A stretch of DNA of 64,000 nucleotides from Verrucomicrobiota bacterium (GTDB lineage Bacteria > Verrucomicrobiota > Verrucomicrobiia > Limisphaerales > AAA164-E04), in the NCBI GenBank assembly GCA_047947115.1, contig CP170459.1, positions 544,001 through 608,000 on the forward strand, read 5' to 3'. Shown here piece after piece: positions 22,104-31,980 of this stretch (position 1 is the stretch's first letter; the number at the start of each line of letters is the position of its first letter). The position numbers and the translations under genes were made by a program. Below the pieces are notes generated by a model, which was not told the origin of the DNA, made no database searches, and saw only the letters and a program-made list of their open reading frames with translations.

Positions 22104-23663
22104 ATGAGAGATTCAAAATCGGCATATCAATCCAGCAACAACGGCCCATTATCTTTGCTGGTCCTGACGGTTCTGGTCGTCGTCGGAGCGGCGGCATGGT
22201 TTCAAAGCGGCTCCTCGACAACTTCCAAGCCAGGCAACGCCATCGTCGTCTATTGCGCGGCAGGCATGCGCAAGCCTGTGGAGGAAGCGGCAATTGCTTT
22301 CCAGAAGGAATTCAATGTGGAAGTGCGGCTTGATTACGGTTCCAGTGGTGAATTGGAAGGCAAACTCGAACTCGAGAGAACTAGTCGGACGCCAAGGTGC
22401 GATCTTTACATTCCGGCAGACCTCTCATTTGCTGAACGCGCCAGGGAAAAGGAGCTGACCAGTGAAAACATACCTTTGGCACGGTTTGAGCTTGTCTTGG
22501 CCGCCGCACCGGATCATCCCTCCATACCACAGACACTGTCCATTGACTCCATGCTGAAAACCGACATTCCCTATGGTATTTGCGACGAAAAGGCGGGAGC
22601 AGGTAAAAAAACCCGCGAGATGCTATCGGATTTGAATTTGTGGGAAGATGTTCAATCTCAGGCAAGAGTCACTTTTCCCCGGGTCACGGAGTTGGCAGGA
22701 GCCATCAAGACATCGGAGACAGTTCATGCCGGTTTTATCTGGGATTCCACCGCAAAACAGTTTGGTCTCAGTATCATTAAACTCTCGGAGCTCAAAAAAA
22801 ACACCTCGGACATTTCCGCCAATGTCGCCACCACCAGTCAAAACCCAATCTGGGCTCTGCGATTTGCCCGATACCTTGCCGCCCCTGAAAAAGGAGCTCC
22901 GCTCTTTGAAAAGCACCATTTCACTCCGGCTGGAGGGGATGCATGGGAATTGCAACCAGAAGTTGTCTTCTACTGTGGCGGAGTGAACCGGGACGCCATA
23001 GCATCCGCTTTGAACCGATTTCAGGAAAGAGAGGGCTGCATCATCAAAACCCAGTTCGCAGGCTGCGGAACACTTGTGGGAAGCATCCAATCGGGGCGCC
23101 TGAACCTCCCGGATGCCTTCATGACCTGTGACACCAGTTACATGTCCATGGTACAAGGAGATTTTCAACAAGCCACCGACGTATCCAGCACTCATATCTG
23201 CATGTTGGTTCGCAAAGGAAACCCCAAAGAAATTCACACACTACAGGATCTTGCCAAACCAGGCATCGCCATCGGCACTACCGATCCACAAATGAGCACT
23301 CTGGGCGCGCTGAGCCACGCGATTTTCGAAGATATCGGCATCAAGGAAACTATCAGGGATCAACAATCCATCATTGTGACCGCACCAACCGCACATGAAC
23401 TGATCCTGCAAATGGAAGGCCATGACAAACTGGATGTCGCGCTGGTCTATGAGGCCAATTGCCAAAATCTCGAAAGCAATGTCGAGACCGTGGCAATAGA
23501 CCACCCGCTTGCGCTGGCGACTCAAAACATCGCGGCAGCCCGACAAACCCGTTTCCCCGCTTTGATGGCGCGTCTCATGAACGAAGTATTATCAGCTGAA
23601 TCCAAAAAATCATTTACCGAACACGGGTTTCACTGGGAAGCCCCCTCCTCTCCTCACCCATGA
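22104..23663 (+). CDS. modA: Molybdate-type ABC substrate-binding protein with two tandem ModA-like domains
   Basis: Domain 1 YCAAGMRKP..DYGSSGEL..DLYIPAD; domain 2 YCGGVNR..FAGCGTL..DAFMTCD..LVRKGNPK.I. Overlaps the permease gene. Start moved to ATG 22104. Confidence 0.8.
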   Translation: MRDSKSAYQSSNNGPLSLLVLTVLVVVGAAAWFQSGSSTTSKPGNAIVVYCAAGMRKPVEEAAIAFQKEFNVEVRLDYGSSGELEGKLELERTSRTPRCDLYIPADLSFAERAREKELTSENIPLARFELVLAAAPDHPSIPQTLSIDSMLKTDIPYGICDEKAGAGKKTREMLSDLNLWEDVQSQARVTFPRVTELAGAIKTSETVHAGFIWDSTAKQFGLSIIKLSELKKNTSDISANVATTSQNPIWALRFARYLAAPEKGAPLFEKHHFTPAGGDAWELQPEVVFYCGGVNRDAIASALNRFQEREGCIIKTQFAGCGTLVGSIQSGRLNLPDAFMTCDTSYMSMVQGDFQQATDVSSTHICMLVRKGNPKEIHTLQDLAKPGIAIGTTDPQMSTLGALSHAIFEDIGIKETIRDQQSIIVTAPTAHELILQMEGHDKLDVALVYEANCQNLESNVETVAIDHPLALATQNIAAARQTRFPALMARLMNEVLSAESKKSFTEHGFHWEAPSSPHP

Positions 23664-24502
23664 ATCAAGCGGAAGGCTCCTCACACCCCACTCCCGGCGA
23701 GACTGCCCAGACAAAATTCAAAGTCAGGTCCGATTTGCCGTTTATCCTCGGACTATGCCTGCTGGGCGGGTTTTACGTGGTGATGATTTTGTTAATGGTG
23801 CTGGCCGACCTTCATTACACGGACGCATCCAGCCTGAAGCAAATCCTGGGTAAACGTGAAATTCAGTTCTCCATCAAGCTCAGCCTGATCAGTTGCACGC
23901 TGTCCACTCTGTTTTCACTATGGATTTCAGTGCCGATCGGCTATTTAATGTCACGATTTCAGTTCCGATTCAAATCGGTCGTGGATACAATCTTGGACAT
24001 CCCGATCGTACTTCCTCCATTGGTTGTAGGACTGAGCCTGCTGATCCTTTTCAACTATGCTCCTTTCAAATGGCTCAGCAAATGGGTGGTATTTGAAATG
24101 CCTGCAGTCATCCTGGCTCAATTCATGGTGGCCTGCGCCTTTGCAGTGCGAACCATGCGGGTCACATTCGACCAGATTCCCGAGCGTTACGAGCAGGTCG
24201 CCATGACCCTGGGCTGCAACCGCAGCCAGGCATTCTGGAAAGTCATTTTTCCACAAGCCAAAAGAGGACTCCTGGCGGCAGGCACCCTGGCCTGGGCTCG
24301 TTCTCTGGGTGAATTCGGTCCCATCCTGGTCTTTGCCGGTTCAACCAGCATGCGAACAGAGGTGCTGCCGACTTCGGTCTATCTCGAAATGCAAAGCGGC
24401 AACTTGAAAGGCATGCTTTCGGTATCCATTGTCATGATCCTTCTCTCAGCCGTCGTGTTGATCATGGCAAGACTCTTCGGCATGCAAAGGATCAACGCAT
24501 GA
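23660..24502 (+). CDS. modB: Molybdate/sulfate-type ABC permease
   Basis: DIPIVLPPLVVGLSLL, YEQVA.TLG, WARSLGEFG. Confidence 0.85.
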   Translation: MNQAEGSSHPTPGETAQTKFKVRSDLPFILGLCLLGGFYVVMILLMVLADLHYTDASSLKQILGKREIQFSIKLSLISCTLSTLFSLWISVPIGYLMSRFQFRFKSVVDTILDIPIVLPPLVVGLSLLILFNYAPFKWLSKWVVFEMPAVILAQFMVACAFAVRTMRVTFDQIPERYEQVAMTLGCNRSQAFWKVIFPQAKRGLLAAGTLAWARSLGEFGPILVFAGSTSMRTEVLPTSVYLEMQSGNLKGMLSVSIVMILLSAVVLIMARLFGMQRINA

Positions 24503-25146
24503 TCAAACTCGACGCCATCAAGCTGAAGCAGGGAGGGTTTGCCCTCGAAAACCTGACCCTGGAAGTGCCGGGAGGCGCGTATGCGGCCTTGATGGGAAAA
24601 AGCGGTTGCGGAAAAACAACGGTGCTGGAAATCATCTGCGGATTACGCCCAGTCCTTGCCGGCAAAGTTTATCTTGGTGATCGGGATGTGACACATCTCA
24701 AACCGGCCGAGCGCGGTATCGGATATGTCCCTCAGGATAGAGCACTTTTTCCAACCATGAAAGTGCGCCATCAACTCGCGTTCTCCCTTCAATTAAGGCG
24801 CCGCCCAGTGGAAGAAGTTGCCGAACGAGTCGACGAATTGGCCCAGTGGTTGGAAATCGACCACATTCTGGACCGCATGCCCGACAAACTCAGCGGAGGC
24901 GAATCCCAGCGTGTGGCTCTGGGCAGAGCATTGGCCAGTAAACCTCAGTTGCTTTGTCTAGATGAACCCTTGAGCGCTCTGGATGAGACATTGCATGATG
25001 ACATGTGTTCATTACTGTCGAAAATCCATCAGGAAGCGGCCATCACCATACTGCACGTCACCCACAGCCGAAGGGAAGCCGAGCGACTGGCTGATCAATT
25101 ATGGCGTTTTCAGGACGGACAAGTCACGTTGGACTCCAAAACATGA
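24499..25146 (+). CDS. modC: ABC transporter ATP-binding subunit
   Basis: GKSGCGKT, IGYVPQD, LSGGE, LDEPLSALD, HVTH. Confidence 0.85.
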   Translation: MIKLDAIKLKQGGFALENLTLEVPGGAYAALMGKSGCGKTTVLEIICGLRPVLAGKVYLGDRDVTHLKPAERGIGYVPQDRALFPTMKVRHQLAFSLQLRRRPVEEVAERVDELAQWLEIDHILDRMPDKLSGGESQRVALGRALASKPQLLCLDEPLSALDETLHDDMCSLLSKIHQEAAITILHVTHSRREAERLADQLWRFQDGQVTLDSKT

Positions 25147-25161
25147 CCCCCACCCCATGAT

Positions 25162-26028
25162 TCAAATCTTCTTCAACAAACGATTGATTGTCGATTCACA
25201 AGAAGATGCATAGGTGCTACCAAACAGATTGAAGTGGTTCAACTCATGATACAGTCGGTATAAGTCCCTGCGCGAATCGAATCCCGCCGCGAAAGGTTTT
25301 TCAGCGGCATAGCCACGATAAAAATCATCTGTAAAACCACCAAACATATCCACCATACCAAACTCGGCTTCAGCATCACCATAATACGAAGCTGGATCAA
25401 ACACCACTGGCACACCACTCTTCAACGCAGCCATATTGCCGGACCATAAATCGCCGTGGAGCAATGACGGGATCGGTTCATAATCGGTGAAAAAAACTTC
25501 CAGTACTCCCAAGAGTTGATCGCTCCCAGCAAAAACACGTCCTCTGCGTCGAGCCAGATCAAACTGCCACCCCAAACGATGATCTCGCCAGAAGGCAACC
25601 CAATCATCCGACCTTGGATTCGGTTGCGGAGTCCTTCCGATGGTATTGTCCCGAAACCAGCCAAAGTAAGGCTGACGGATACGATGCAAGCGAGCCAACT
25701 GTTTCCCTAGCTCTCGTTGAGAATCACCCACACAAGATTGCATCTCCAAATAATCAGTTACCAACCAGGCATACCCCTCGCTTTCCCCCCAAGCCAAGGG
25801 CTTGGGGACACACAACGTGCGAGTGACCGCCAGTTGCTCCAGAGCCTTGCATTCGGACTCGAACATGCCAGCCATGGAAGCATGGTGACGTTTGACAAAA
25901 AAATCGATATGACCATCAGACAGTCTGAATGACTCACTGATACATCCCCCCCCAATGGATACCCTTTGCTTCGCATAAAAAGAGCGTCCGATCGAACTCG
26001 ATATGGTGTCAAAAACACTTTCCCACAT
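25162..26028 (-). CDS. Fructosamine kinase family protein
   Basis: GGGCI, FFVK, DNTIG.TPQ.N, PSLLHGDLWSGN, FDPASYYG, LNHFNLFG. Confidence 0.92.
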   Translation of the reverse strand: MWESVFDTISSSIGRSFYAKQRVSIGGGCISESFRLSDGHIDFFVKRHHASMAGMFESECKALEQLAVTRTLCVPKPLAWGESEGYAWLVTDYLEMQSCVGDSQRELGKQLARLHRIRQPYFGWFRDNTIGRTPQPNPRSDDWVAFWRDHRLGWQFDLARRRGRVFAGSDQLLGVLEVFFTDYEPIPSLLHGDLWSGNMAALKSGVPVVFDPASYYGDAEAEFGMVDMFGGFTDDFYRGYAAEKPFAAGFDSRRDLYRLYHELNHFNLFGSTYASSCESTINRLLKKI

Positions 26029-26048
26029 GACTCCCGATTCATAACAAA

Positions 26049-26431
26049 TCAGGGCAAAGAAGCACCCTTTTTCCAGGATTCCTTCAGGTGGGCACCAGAC
26101 AGTCCGCTTCGACTTAGAAAAGCGCCTCTCAAATCCGCAAAACCAAGATCAGCTCCTTGAAACGACGTTTCCCTCAGATTGGCATGACACAAATTGGCAT
26201 GACTAAGGTCCGCGCCGATCAACACGCCCCGGGGAGATTCGCGACGGCAAGCAAACGATTGCCAAAACTCAGCCCGATGGGGTGCACCGGTGCGGTTTCC
26301 CAATTAACAAACGTGATGTCAGCCTGACCAACCACCCTCAAGGATGCGATCCCTATGAGCACCCCCCTCATAAAATGATCCCTTGGCCGGGAAAGCCCGA
26401 GAAGTAGCGTACGAAAACTCTGAATGTTCAT
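26049..26431 (-). pseudogene. Fused remnants: N-terminus of a secreted beta-propeller-type protein plus a pentapeptide-repeat fragment
   Basis: Frame A (26219-26431) has a signal-like region and FVNWETAPVHPIGLS...LAVANLP, then stops. Frame B (26049-~26230) has GADLSHANLCHANL..ADL..ADLRGA.L. Confidence 0.5.
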
Positions 26432-26509
26432 GACACTCGTGGTAAAGCGATTGATGTCTGGTTCCGCCTGAAAACCAGGCAGGATGCATGCACAACAGAT
26501 CCAAAAAGG

Positions 26510-27196
26510 TTACCGTCGCCGAATAAACATTTCGGACTGATAACGTTCTGAAGCCAACAGATCAATATGATGCCGGTCATTGTCGGTGAGATGCACCATC
26601 GACCACTCTATTCCGTATTTTTCTGTTCCAACCCTTTTGAGGGCGTCTTGCCAAGCTGCTCGCCCCAGCCCCTGTGAGGTCCCAGGCAGTTGAACCGATC
26701 CCTGAATCAGCAATCCCTGCTTGGTGCGACGTTGCGCTGCGCCGGCAACTTTAAATCCTTTGTAAAGGACGTCATGCTTTTCAGCTCCTATGAAACACTG
26801 GCCAGGCCCGGAAACAATTGCTTCCTCAGCAAGCGAAGTCTCCAATCCCATGGACTGGAAACTGGCATTCAACCAGCTGTGCATGCGGCAGTAACTTTCA
26901 CATGCTTTCAAGCGATACCAATCACTGGTGATGGGAATCGCAACGCAATAGGTCCAGTCACTGACATGAGACACCAATCCGCCACCAGTCAGCCGCCGCA
27001 CCAGAGGACGAACTGGGGTGAGCGCAGCAATCTCTTCATAGGATTGAAAATACCCAAACGACATCGCTTCCATGTCCCATCCATAGCAACGCAATACCGG
27101 CGTGCGGCGTTCGTTTGCCACGGAAAGCAGGTATTCATCGGTCGCCATGTTGTCCCATGGCGAACCCAGCGGTGATATGAGGAGTCCCCATTGCAT
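26510..27196 (-). CDS. Lipoate-protein ligase/octanoyltransferase family protein
   Basis: NMATDE.LL, LR.YGW, SFGYFQ, VRRLTGGG.V.H, KVAGAAQRR...LLIQGS. Confidence 0.88.
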   Translation of the reverse strand: MQWGLLISPLGSPWDNMATDEYLLSVANERRTPVLRCYGWDMEAMSFGYFQSYEEIAALTPVRPLVRRLTGGGLVSHVSDWTYCVAIPITSDWYRLKACESYCRMHSWLNASFQSMGLETSLAEEAIVSGPGQCFIGAEKHDVLYKGFKVAGAAQRRTKQGLLIQGSVQLPGTSQGLGRAAWQDALKRVGTEKYGIEWSMVHLTDNDRHHIDLLASERYQSEMFIRRR

Positions 27197-27274
27197 GCCA
27201 AGAACTATGATCCAAGCGTAGGTTCAATCAAGTTCGGTCTGTTCGGAAGGCAAATTTTCCATAAGAATCATCGA

Positions 27275-28387
27275 ATGGAGCGTCCATTGAAAGCATACCT
27301 CAGACAGCACATGGAAAAACATGGACCGATGCCCTTTGATCGATTCATGGAAGCCGCACTTTACCATCCGGACTGGGGATACTATGAATCCGTGAAGACC
27401 GTCATCGGACGGAAGGGCGATTTTCAAACCAGCGTCAGTGTCGGCTCTTTATTTGGAGAACTGCTGGCAAGAACATTTCTCAGTTGGCAAGAAAGAGAAG
27501 AACCCTGCCAATGGATGGAATGCGGTGCGCATCACGGTCAATTGGCAGAGGATATCCTGGGTTTTCTGGATAAAGAAAACATCCTGAACACCACAGGCAT
27601 CCAGTACTTCATCTTTGAACCATCGTCAAAACGAGACGCCATCCAACAGAAACGCCTGAACAAGTTCAAAGGTAAGGTGACATGGCTGCGAACCTGGGAG
27701 GAAGTCAAAGACCAATTTGAAAAAGGAGTGATTTTCTCCAATGAGCTGATGGATGCCTTCCCCGTGAAACGATTTGCATGGAATAAACAAGAAGCTTGCT
27801 GGAAGGAATGCACCGTGGTGGCATCAGGCAATAGTTTCGATTGGACACAGATAAAACTCGACACAACCTTGAAGCTGCCTTGGCTTACCGCAGAAGATCA
27901 GACAAAAATCGAATCCCTCTTACCCGACCAATACATCATTGAATGCGCACCGGCAGCGGATGCATGGTGGCGCCAAGCAGCAAGTGTCCTGCGGGAAGGC
28001 CATTTGATAACCTTGGATTACGGCTTTACCGACCTCGAAAAGTTTTCCCCCCGCCGCACAAAGGGCACATTGAGAACATATGACCGGCACCGATTGGGGG
28101 AAGATGTCCTGATAGATGTCGGAGAAAAGGATCTGACAGCTCATGTAGATTTTACAAGCCTGCAAAAGATCGGTGAGGACGAGGGGCTGGAAACCGTCTC
28201 AATGATTTCACAGGAAAAATTCATGCACGGATGCCTGGAACGGATGCTGACGAAGGGAGTGAATCCATCGCCCGATCAAATCAGGCAATTTCAAACCTTG
28301 ATGCATCCTGAGCACTTTGGGCGGGCTTTCAAGGTGCTTATTCAAAGAAGGCCCCCAGACTCGAATTTAACCGGATTGACGGAGTGA
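27275..28387 (+). CDS. MidA/NDUFAF7-family SAM-dependent methyltransferase
   Basis: FMEAALYHP..GYY, GDF.TS, ECGA..G.LA.DIL, SNELMDAFPV, LDYG, DLTAHVDF, FKVL. Start moved to ATG 27275. Confidence 0.9.
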   Translation: MERPLKAYLRQHMEKHGPMPFDRFMEAALYHPDWGYYESVKTVIGRKGDFQTSVSVGSLFGELLARTFLSWQEREEPCQWMECGAHHGQLAEDILGFLDKENILNTTGIQYFIFEPSSKRDAIQQKRLNKFKGKVTWLRTWEEVKDQFEKGVIFSNELMDAFPVKRFAWNKQEACWKECTVVASGNSFDWTQIKLDTTLKLPWLTAEDQTKIESLLPDQYIIECAPAADAWWRQAASVLREGHLITLDYGFTDLEKFSPRRTKGTLRTYDRHRLGEDVLIDVGEKDLTAHVDFTSLQKIGEDEGLETVSMISQEKFMHGCLERMLTKGVNPSPDQIRQFQTLMHPEHFGRAFKVLIQRRPPDSNLTGLTE

Positions 28388-28759
28388 CGACGATGATGAA
28401 GAGACGGCGTTCTGCTCGGGCACCTTTTCTTCAGATCTGGAAAGAAAATCCACAACAGCTGTGTGCAGCGCCTTGGTTTCCAATCGCTGCCGCGGGGACA
28501 AATCGGTCTGCTTCCGCAGAGATTCCAGTTTGGCTTGCGCTCCTGCCAGATCATTGGAACGAACCGCGTTCAAAACCTCCTCCGCCAATTTGATTGATAC
28601 CTCCCCGATTGCCGTGGATCCGGCTTGAGGCTCCGGTTTCTCATCAAAGGCCTGTTTGAATCCATACGTGTCCACCGGCGCAATAACCTTTCCACATCCC
28701 AGAAGGAAGCAGCAGAGCAACATTCCCATTCCAACCCAAATTGATATTCCTGATTTCAT
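28367..28759 (-). CDS. Hypothetical lipoprotein
   Basis: MKSG...CCFLLGC lipobox; converges on and overlaps the MidA gene by 21 bp. Confidence 0.6.
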   Translation of the reverse strand: MKSGISIWVGMGMLLCCFLLGCGKVIAPVDTYGFKQAFDEKPEPQAGSTAIGEVSIKLAEEVLNAVRSNDLAGAQAKLESLRKQTDLSPRQRLETKALHTAVVDFLSRSEEKVPEQNAVSSSSSSLRQSG

Positions 28760-28872
28760 TTTCCAACATGCTATAACAGCAAACAAACTGCCAAGTTGCG
28801 GGTGAGAATGTAACTTTTTCCACCTCCGCGTCAAACTGGACAATGTCATTCCGGATGTTTTAACATGCCGAC

Positions 28873-29697
28873 ATGTCAGGTTTGGAAGATCACGCAGGAG
28901 ACATCGTCAGGAAATCAAGAATGGGACTCAATGTGCCGTTAGAAACTATTCTTCAGAAAAGCGGTCTGAATCAGGAGGCGCTGGCCCGTTTTGAAGACAA
29001 CGGCATGGTGGATAACGAGATCTCCTGGGAGGGGGTCTGCAAGCTCCTCGAACTGAGCCCAAAGAAATTCCAGGATGTTCTGAGCGGCTGGACACCGACT
29101 CCGGTTGCACAGGATTCGAGCCCACAACTCCGTCAGATTTCAACTGACGACGGCGGAATGCAGGTGAATGCGTTTCTGGTGTGGGATCTGAATTCCAGAG
29201 AAGCGGCATTGTTCGACACCGGATGGAACCCCGCCCCCATCAACGCCCTTCTAAAGGACCACACACTGACCCTGAAGCACCTTTTCATCACCCATCAGCA
29301 TCACGACCATGTGGCGGCCATGACACCGTTACGCTCCGAACACCCCGAAATGCATCTCTGGGCACAGGGACAAGGAGTTCCAAGTCAATGCCAGGTAATT
29401 GATGGTCAAACTTTTACTCTTGGAAAACTTAACATCGAAGCACGATGGACACCCGGTCATGCCTCGGATGGGGTTACCTACATTGTTTCGGGCCTGACAG
29501 GAGCCCACCCGATAGCCGCCATAGTCGGCGACGCCATCTTTGCAGGTTCGATGGGCGGAGCACCAAAACACTTTGCGTTAGCCAAGAAAAAAGTCAGGGA
29601 AGTCGTCCTGGCACTGCCAGGGTCAACCCTGATATGCCCAGGCCACGGCCCCATGACCACGGTCGATCAGGAGAATCTGCACAATCCGTTGTTTTGA
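28873..29697 (+). CDS. MBL-fold metallo-hydrolase with N-terminal helical (HTH-like) extension
   Basis: THQHHDH, TPGH, GDAIFAGS.G, PGHGP.TT...E...NP. Confidence 0.88.
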   Translation: MSGLEDHAGDIVRKSRMGLNVPLETILQKSGLNQEALARFEDNGMVDNEISWEGVCKLLELSPKKFQDVLSGWTPTPVAQDSSPQLRQISTDDGGMQVNAFLVWDLNSREAALFDTGWNPAPINALLKDHTLTLKHLFITHQHHDHVAAMTPLRSEHPEMHLWAQGQGVPSQCQVIDGQTFTLGKLNIEARWTPGHASDGVTYIVSGLTGAHPIAAIVGDAIFAGSMGGAPKHFALAKKKVREVVLALPGSTLICPGHGPMTTVDQENLHNPLF

Positions 29698-29889
29698 TGC
29701 CAGATGCGGCACTGAAAGCATGAGATGAGGTCTTGTCAGTTCGATGACTTCTGCTATTGACCGGATATTGCCCAGTTTTCGCGCGGGAAATGTAAAGAAA
29801 TTAATGCAATTAGAGCTTGCTCCGACGGGTCTTTTCACTTTGACTTCCCACTCCTCTGGCATGCCATGGGAAGATAATTTGTTTGAGTC

Positions 29890-30504
29890 ATGGATTTATC
29901 GTTTATATTCGCTGTATTGGGCTTCGTATTGGTTGGTGTCTGTTATGCTTCCTTCGCGGAATGGAGTTTGCACCGTTATGTCATGCACAAGCCTATCCCA
30001 TTCTTTCAATATCCCTATAAAGCACATCATTGTGTGCATCACCGTCTTTTCAAAGCGGATCACTCCTACCACCTGGAAGGACGCAACGATATCGCATACC
30101 TGATCCCGATGGCTTGGTGGAACGGCCCTGTGCTGATTGCTGTGGCATCCTCCCCCTGGGCGCTGGCAGCTTGGGCGACCAATTTCTGGCCTATGTATAT
30201 CGGTGTAACGATCGCGATTGCTCTTTACTACGCCACTTACGAATATCTGCACTGGTGCATGCATTTACCCAAAGAGCGTGTTGTCGAACGGTCCGGATTC
30301 TTTTTCCGCCTGAATGGACATCACCTGTTGCACCATCGCTACATGCACCGAAACTTCAACGTCGTCTGCCCATTGGCCGATCTCTTGCTGGGCACGTTGA
30401 TGCTCCGGTCCAAGGTCAAATTTGCACAGGCTACCGGACCGCACGTTCCTGATGTTCAGCCTATTGTCGCGAAAAGGGAACCTGTCGCCGAGGTTGCTGG
30501 CTAA
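29890..30504 (+). CDS. Fatty acid hydroxylase/sterol desaturase superfamily membrane di-iron protein
   Basis: His boxes HRYVMH, HHCVHH, HWCMH, HHLLHH; NFNV; TM helices. Confidence 0.78.
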   Translation: MDLSFIFAVLGFVLVGVCYASFAEWSLHRYVMHKPIPFFQYPYKAHHCVHHRLFKADHSYHLEGRNDIAYLIPMAWWNGPVLIAVASSPWALAAWATNFWPMYIGVTIAIALYYATYEYLHWCMHLPKERVVERSGFFFRLNGHHLLHHRYMHRNFNVVCPLADLLLGTLMLRSKVKFAQATGPHVPDVQPIVAKREPVAEVAG

Positions 30505-30590
30505 TTTCAGATTCCTGGTTGACTGCTTCTTTTCCATAAAACAGCTGAGATAACATTGGAATTCGGGCGTTCAATCCATAGACTGCCCGC

Positions 30591-31967
30591 ATGCAAATTA
30601 CGGATCTGAATCCATCGGACGGCATTGGCGCCAGTGGATGGATGGTGGAAATGGAAGGCTTTCGCATCCTGCTGGATGCCGGGGTCAACCCCAAACTGGA
30701 AGGTTGGGCCGGGGTCCCCATGTATGACAAAGTCAAGGACCACCCCCTTGACGCCATCGCCATTTCCCATTGCCACCACGACCATGTAGGATCACTTCCG
30801 GTCGCGTTGAAATACTTTCCACAAGCTCATGTTCTGATGACAGAGCTGAGCTATTTCATTGTGGAAAGAGTGCTGCACAACTCCGTCAATGTCATGATCC
30901 GACAGAAGGAGGAACTTGGAATTCGCGAATACCCGCTTTATTCTCATCGCGAACTGGATGATATCGCCCATATTTTTCAAGGATACCGCTACAACCGGGA
31001 AATTGAATGGGCCGCTCCCAGCAGGGCACGCCGCGGCAAACAATCCCCAACCCTTGAATTTTTTGACGCCGGTCATGCATTGGGATCAGCAGGCATCATG
31101 CTGCGTTCCGACCATGAAACGATGTTCTACACGGGCGATGTCTGTTTCCAGGATCAAACCATCCTGAAGGGTGCCCGGTTCGAAGACGTCTCTGCGGATG
31201 TTTTGATTCTGGAAACCACACGTGGTGAACGCGAAGTGCCAAAAGGTCAGACGCGCGCGACAGAAATAGAACGTTTGACCGGGGACATCATGGAGGTTCT
31301 GGAAAACAAAGGCTGCGTCCTCATTCCCACCTTCGCTCTGGGGCGCACCCAGGAAATCCTGGCGCACCTGGCCTTGATGACTCGTGAAGGCAAACTGAAG
31401 CCACAACCGATCTTCATCGGCGGCATGGGTAGGGTATTCACCGAGATCTACGACCTCGAATCCCATCGGGCTCACCGAAATCACACCAACCTGCAGTTGC
31501 ACGAAGCCCTCAACCTGACAGTGCTGGACTACAAGCAACTGGAAAAAATCAGGCTCAAGGGTGGACGCTTGTTTGTCATGACCGCCGGCATGATGAACGA
31601 AAATACAGCGGCGCATGAACTGGCGCTTCGCCTTGCAGGAGAAGAAAAGCACGCCATTTTCTTCGTTGGTTATGCCGACCCCTCCACTCCGGCAGGCAGA
31701 CTAAGGGCGGCCGAACCGGGCAAACCTTTCCACTTCAGCGCTTCTGGTGGAGAGTTAACCAGAAAATGCCGCATGGAAGAATACGACCTCACCGCACATG
31801 CCAATCGCGACGAATTGCTGAATTTTGTCGGAACCGTGGATCCCAAGGTTGTCATCCTGGGACACGGCGAACCCGACTCCAAAGCCTGGTTCGCCGATCA
31901 AATCAAATCCAAACACCCGAAGATCAAGGTCGTCATCACCGACCCTGGCAAGCCCGTGGAATGTTGA
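30591..31967 (+). CDS. MBL-fold beta-CASP nuclease
   Basis: LLDAG, SHCHHDHVGSLP, AGHALGSA, YTGD, FALGRTQE, VGYA, AHA, GHGE. Confidence 0.9.
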   Translation: MQITDLNPSDGIGASGWMVEMEGFRILLDAGVNPKLEGWAGVPMYDKVKDHPLDAIAISHCHHDHVGSLPVALKYFPQAHVLMTELSYFIVERVLHNSVNVMIRQKEELGIREYPLYSHRELDDIAHIFQGYRYNREIEWAAPSRARRGKQSPTLEFFDAGHALGSAGIMLRSDHETMFYTGDVCFQDQTILKGARFEDVSADVLILETTRGEREVPKGQTRATEIERLTGDIMEVLENKGCVLIPTFALGRTQEILAHLALMTREGKLKPQPIFIGGMGRVFTEIYDLESHRAHRNHTNLQLHEALNLTVLDYKQLEKIRLKGGRLFVMTAGMMNENTAAHELALRLAGEEKHAIFFVGYADPSTPAGRLRAAEPGKPFHFSASGGELTRKCRMEEYDLTAHANRDELLNFVGTVDPKVVILGHGEPDSKAWFADQIKSKHPKIKVVITDPGKPVEC

Positions 31968-31980
31968 TTTCCCTGGGGGG

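Noticed and set aside
30591..31967. beta-CASP nuclease, MBL hydrolase or HD protein as an anti-phage system
   Set aside because: There are no accompanying ATPase, cyclase, methylase or effector genes, and the surroundings are housekeeping.
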